Shown here in pieces: positions 59,640 through 64,000 of a stretch of 64,000 nt of DNA. Position 1 is the first letter of the stretch, and every line of letters starts with the position of its first letter. This stretch comes from Leucoraja erinacea (lineage: Eukaryota). The notes under the pieces were generated by a model, which worked only from the letters and a program-made list of their open reading frames with translations, had not been told where the DNA came from and made no database searches. The stretch spans positions 20,708,001 to 20,772,000 of the forward strand of contig NC_073393.1 of assembly GCF_028641065.1 (NCBI RefSeq), written 5' to 3'. The position numbers were made by a program, and so were the translations under genes.

Positions 59640-59970
59640 TGGAGTAACTCAGCGGGTCAGGCAGCATCTCTGAAGAACAAGGATAGGTGATGTTTATTCA
59701 GACTGGTGGGGATGGAGGGGGCGGGAGAAACCTGGCAGAGAGAAGGGGAGCAACAAAGCAGGGCAAGTGATAGAAGGATACAGGAGAGGGGACATTGGCG
59801 AGACCAAGCGTAGACTCAGCGATCGTTTCACCAAACACATGCACGCATTCCACCAAGGCCTATTGGATCTCCTGGTTGCCAACCATTTTAACTCCCATTC
59901 CCATCCTGACCTTTCTGTCCTGGGCCTCCTCCATTGCCAGAGTGAGGCCACAAACAAAGTGTAATAACAG
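59640..59970 (+). mobile_element. Penelope-like fragment
   Basis: IGETKRRLSDRF..H...VANHFNSHSH.DLSVLGLLHCQSEA, preceded by an inverted tail piece. Confidence 0.7.
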
Positions 59971-62679
59971 CACCTTATAAATCGGTGACCCCCGATCCAC
60001 AAATCACTGCAAATGGGAACAACTCCCTTCTTTTTACCCCCGATAAACTCATGATAATGTTATTATCAAATCTTCTTCAACCCCCATAGCCCAATTTAGC
60101 CCAAGAGTCTTGCGTGTTTAACTGGCAACGGAACATTGAAATGCTTAGTTACTGTAACGTTACAGGCCCGTTAATGCAATAACACACTATAACCCGGTGT
60201 TGCTGATAGTGAGGAGGTTATTCTAGGCTATAAAATGATATTATATAAATTGATTCGACAGGCAGATCAGTTCAAGATGATGCCCTTTGTGAGGATCAAT
60301 AAGGGTAGATCATACACCATGAATGGCAGGACCCCAGGAGCAATGAGGAACACGGACATCCTTACTAAGGATCCATGAAAGTGACAGCACAAGTAGATTA
60401 GAGAGTGGAGAAGGTAAATCAGAAGCTGTCCCTCATTAGCTGGGCATAGAATATCACAGCAAAGAGAATAGGTACAATTTTATAATACCTTGGTCAGACC
60501 TAATTAGGGCACAGTTCTGGTCCCCACATTATATGAAGGCTATGATCGCACTGGAAAGAGTGCAGGGGAGATTCACCAGGATGTTGTTTAGGGAGGAGCA
60601 TTTCAGTGATCTGGAGACATTGGGGTTGTATTCCTTGAAGGAGTCTGATGAGGGAACCTTAGAGAGGTGTTACAGTATATGGGTAAACTGTTGGCTACTT
60701 TTCCCTATTGTGAAGGTGTATTAAACTGGTCACTAGGGTTAGAGTAAAGGGTAATAGGTTTACATAGAAACATAGAAAATAGGTGCAGGAGGAGGCCATT
60801 CGGCCCTTCGAGCCAGCACCACTGGTGAAGTGCCAGGTGATTGGAGGAAGAACTTACTCACCCAGTGATCGGACTCTTGAACGGATTGGCTTCATGCTGG
60901 GGGCAGTTCCTCCCAGGACAGTTAACATGTAGATGAATGCTTTAATGACCAAGGGGTGGCAGGTGTCGACCAAGTGCCAGTAAATGGGATTGATAAAGAT
61001 CAGTTCTGGGTGGTGGGCTCAAGGGTCTATTTCAGTGCTCCATGCTGGGCACATTCAAGCAATCCATTTCTGTCATCTGCCCGAATACATAAATTACTTT
61101 CCTGTGAATCATTTCACCCTTCCTCGTGCTGCTTGTTACTCGAAAAGATTCCTGAATCCTTTTCCGTTAACTGCTACTCTCATACTCTCCCGTTGTTGGT
61201 CCTATTTTCCTTTAAGTTTCTCCACAGCATTCAGAGCGCTGGCTTTTAGTAAATCGGTGCGTCACATCTGCTCAGATCCAGCTGTGAGAGCTGAAGCTTG
61301 ATGGTGAGGTTCAGAATGTGAGGTGTGGGCTGTGGAGTCCAAGGCCAGGTCCTTGAGGATAGCCTTTGCCTTTGGTCAGGGAGCGGGAGTAGTGTGGGGC
61401 GCTGTGTGTAAAAAGGGGGATTTGCCGGATGTGAGGTGCAGATGTGATGTGTGAAGCACATGATGTAAGACGAGGGATCTGAGGTGTGAGCGGCAGAGAG
61501 TGAGGTGGTGTGGAAACAGCCCCTACGGCCCCCTGAGTGCACGCCGACTGTCTTTCACTATTTACACATTTGCATCAACTCCTCCCAGATTATAACATCA
61601 ACCTACACACTAGAGACGCCTTCCAGCGACCAATTAACCATCTTCCTGCGTGACGGGGAAATGGCCGCCGGTGATGGGCCTCTGGTCTTTAGCCACCTCT
61701 GCATTCACTCTTCTCTCAGGCAGAAGATACAAAAGCTTGAACGCATGCATCACCTGGTTCAGGAACAGCTTCTTCCCTGCTGTTATCAGACTAGTGAACA
61801 GTCTTCACACAAACTAGGGTGTAATTCTGGTCTCCCAACGTATAGCTTTGTCGACCTTGCAATTTTTTTCCTGCACCTTCTCTGTACTTGTAAAACTATA
61901 TTCTGCACTCTGGTGTTTTCCTCTTTGCACTGAGGTTTAAGACGAGAGGGGAAGATTGAACAGGGATCTGAGGAGCAACTTTTTCACACAGAGGTTGGTG
62001 GGAATGAGCAGCCAGTGGAAATAGATGAGGCAGGGACAATAACAACATATAAAAGGCATTTGGACAGGTGCGTGGGTAGGAAACATGACAGGTACGTGGT
62101 TAGAGAGATGTGGACCCAGTACAGGCAAGTTAAACTAGCTTGACAACTTGGTTGGCAAGTGTAAGATGGACTGAAGGCTATGTTTGCATGCTGTATAATT
62201 CTATGACTCTATAAACTGCCTGTTGTACTTGTGTATGTCTTGATTACACCCATGAATGGTATGATTCAACTGTATAACACGCAAATAAATATTTTCTTTG
62301 TATCTCAGTACACATGCCAATAATAAACCAATACCAATCTTTTTTTATTTCCAACAGCAGTAATCAGCACTGTACCAGTCATTAACAATTCCAGCTACTG
62401 CAGTAGCAGAATCTCCATCCCCCTAATTAGATGAGCTGCCTTCAATTAGATTTTTACTCATTTGCAGTAGTTTTAAATACAATGGAATATTCAAAGAAAT
62501 GCAGAATGAGCTGTCTCTTTTAGCGACCTTTTGAATCTTGTTCCGTGTCGGGGCGATCACTGTGTAACTGCTGGATAGTTAGTTCAGGGCAGCAAGTGAA
62601 GATTGGCTGTCCTCAACAACCTTACATCCAAGTCCACAGATCAGTGAGATGATTGGTCTAAAAACGGCTCGCAGATACA

Positions 62680-63050
62680 TAAATACATAGAGAATAGGTA
62701 CAGGGGTAGGCCATTCGGCCCTTCGAGCCTGCACCGCCATTCAATATGATCATGGCTGATCATCCAACTCAGTATCCCGTACCTGCCTTCTCTCCATACC
62801 CCCTGATCCCTTTAGCCACAAGGGCCACATCTAACTCCCTCTTAAATATAGCCAATGAACTGGCCTCAACTACCCTCTGTGGCAGAGAATTCCAGAGATT
62901 CACCACTGTATGAAAAATGTTTTTCTCATCTCGGTCTTAAAGGATTTCCCCCTTATCCTTAAGCTGTCACTCCTTGTCCTGGACTTCCCCAACATCGGGA
63001 ACAATCTTCCTGCATCTAGCCTGTCCAACCCCTTAAGAATTTTGTAAGTT
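62680..63050 (-). mobile_element. CR1-type LINE 3' end, little decayed
   Basis: Reverse complement of the CR1 end at 54050-54400. Confidence 0.82.
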
Positions 63051-64000
63051 TGTAAATTTTAAATGCTTAGGAGAGAGGGGAGATGACGGAGAGGGAGAGT
63101 GCTCAGATGGAGAGAGAGATTGAGTCGGCTCACAGATTCTGAAAGCTCAGAAGGAATGAGAGACCAACTTACACTTCAGGTGCCAGTGTGTGAGATACAA
63201 ACCTCTGTCTATCCTTCCACCCACTGCATCAGAGCCAAGCCAAAGCTGCTGAGAGCAGAGTGTTACTGATTGGATTGTGGCGATCACACAGGCTCTCGAT
63301 TCCACTGCCTCAGCTGTGGACTTTAACAAACAAATCTCACAGATATTACATTGAATGGGATCAATAAACCTCCCACTCGTTGGTTCTGCACATGTTACTG
63401 ATCTCCCTCTGCTAGCCTGCAAGTGTCTAATTGTAAAGAGTCCAAACTCACACAGGTTGAAACACAAGCATCTTTATTGTTCATGTCATTATCTACTAAG
63501 CAGGTCATCACACATTCACACTGCTACTCTAACTGGTAGACAGTGGGTTGGCTCTTACACTATGAATGTTATAATTAATAAGCATTCTAATTGGCTAACA
63601 TGCTATAGCCAATCTACATCTCTTCTTCTATAAATGAAAAGTAGATAAAGCGTTATCACTACGATGAGTAAATAAATTGTTACATACAAAATGTTGCATT
63701 TAATAATAATGGGGTTACACATAATCGCCGTACGTAACAGGTGGCTTACTAACCCGCCCGATCTTCGTACGGCAAGGATCTGCCTCATCAACCTTTTCTT
63801 CTGAAAAGTTAAGGGCACCTTTGGGTGAGCTTAGGGGGCTCTGGGGAGACACCGTAGGGGAAGACCGTCGCGGGGGGGTACCAGTGAACCAGTTACAAAG
63901 GGGGAAGGGGGTGCAGACTGATGCGGGGAGTGGTAGGGAGTAGCATCTGCAGACACTGGAACGGATATGACATTGAATGGGATCAATAAACTTCCCACTC

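Noticed and set aside
6938-59700. Recurrent gatgctgcc...gctgagttactccagc motif as a CRISPR-like repeat
   Set aside because: Dispersed, in both orientations, without regular spacers or cas genes; it is the Penelope-type tail in a vertebrate genome.

Overview
Eukaryotic, repeat-rich vertebrate genomic DNA. The repeat content (CR1/HER1-type LINEs, Penelope elements, HE1/V-SINE-like SINEs) suggests a cartilaginous fish such as a skate or ray; this is an inference. Genes: (1) the large terminal coding exon of CHST8 (GalNAc-4-O-sulfotransferase 1, + strand, 3503-4588); (2) a tandem cluster of three UDP-glucuronosyltransferases with single-exon CDSs (UGT5-like, - strand), plus two UGT relic fragments; (3) a CpG-rich promoter at about 49.6-51.8 kb whose exon structure and position suggest the 5' end of KCTD15. 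The remainder is mostly transposon debris (CR1, Penelope with minimal hammerhead ribozymes, Rex1, L2, an RNase H-bearing Nimb/I-group LINE, a Gypsy LTR stub, Tc1, Harbinger-like MITEs). The most unusual observations are a cluster of 14-40 bp palindromic insertions with 8-bp target duplications, a dispersed hammerhead-carrying short repeat, and differential decay and mosaicism among the UGT paralogs. No CRISPR array, rRNA or tRNA gene was seen, and I cannot claim a wholly new biological system from sequence alone. All alignments were done by eye, so repeat boundaries are approximate.
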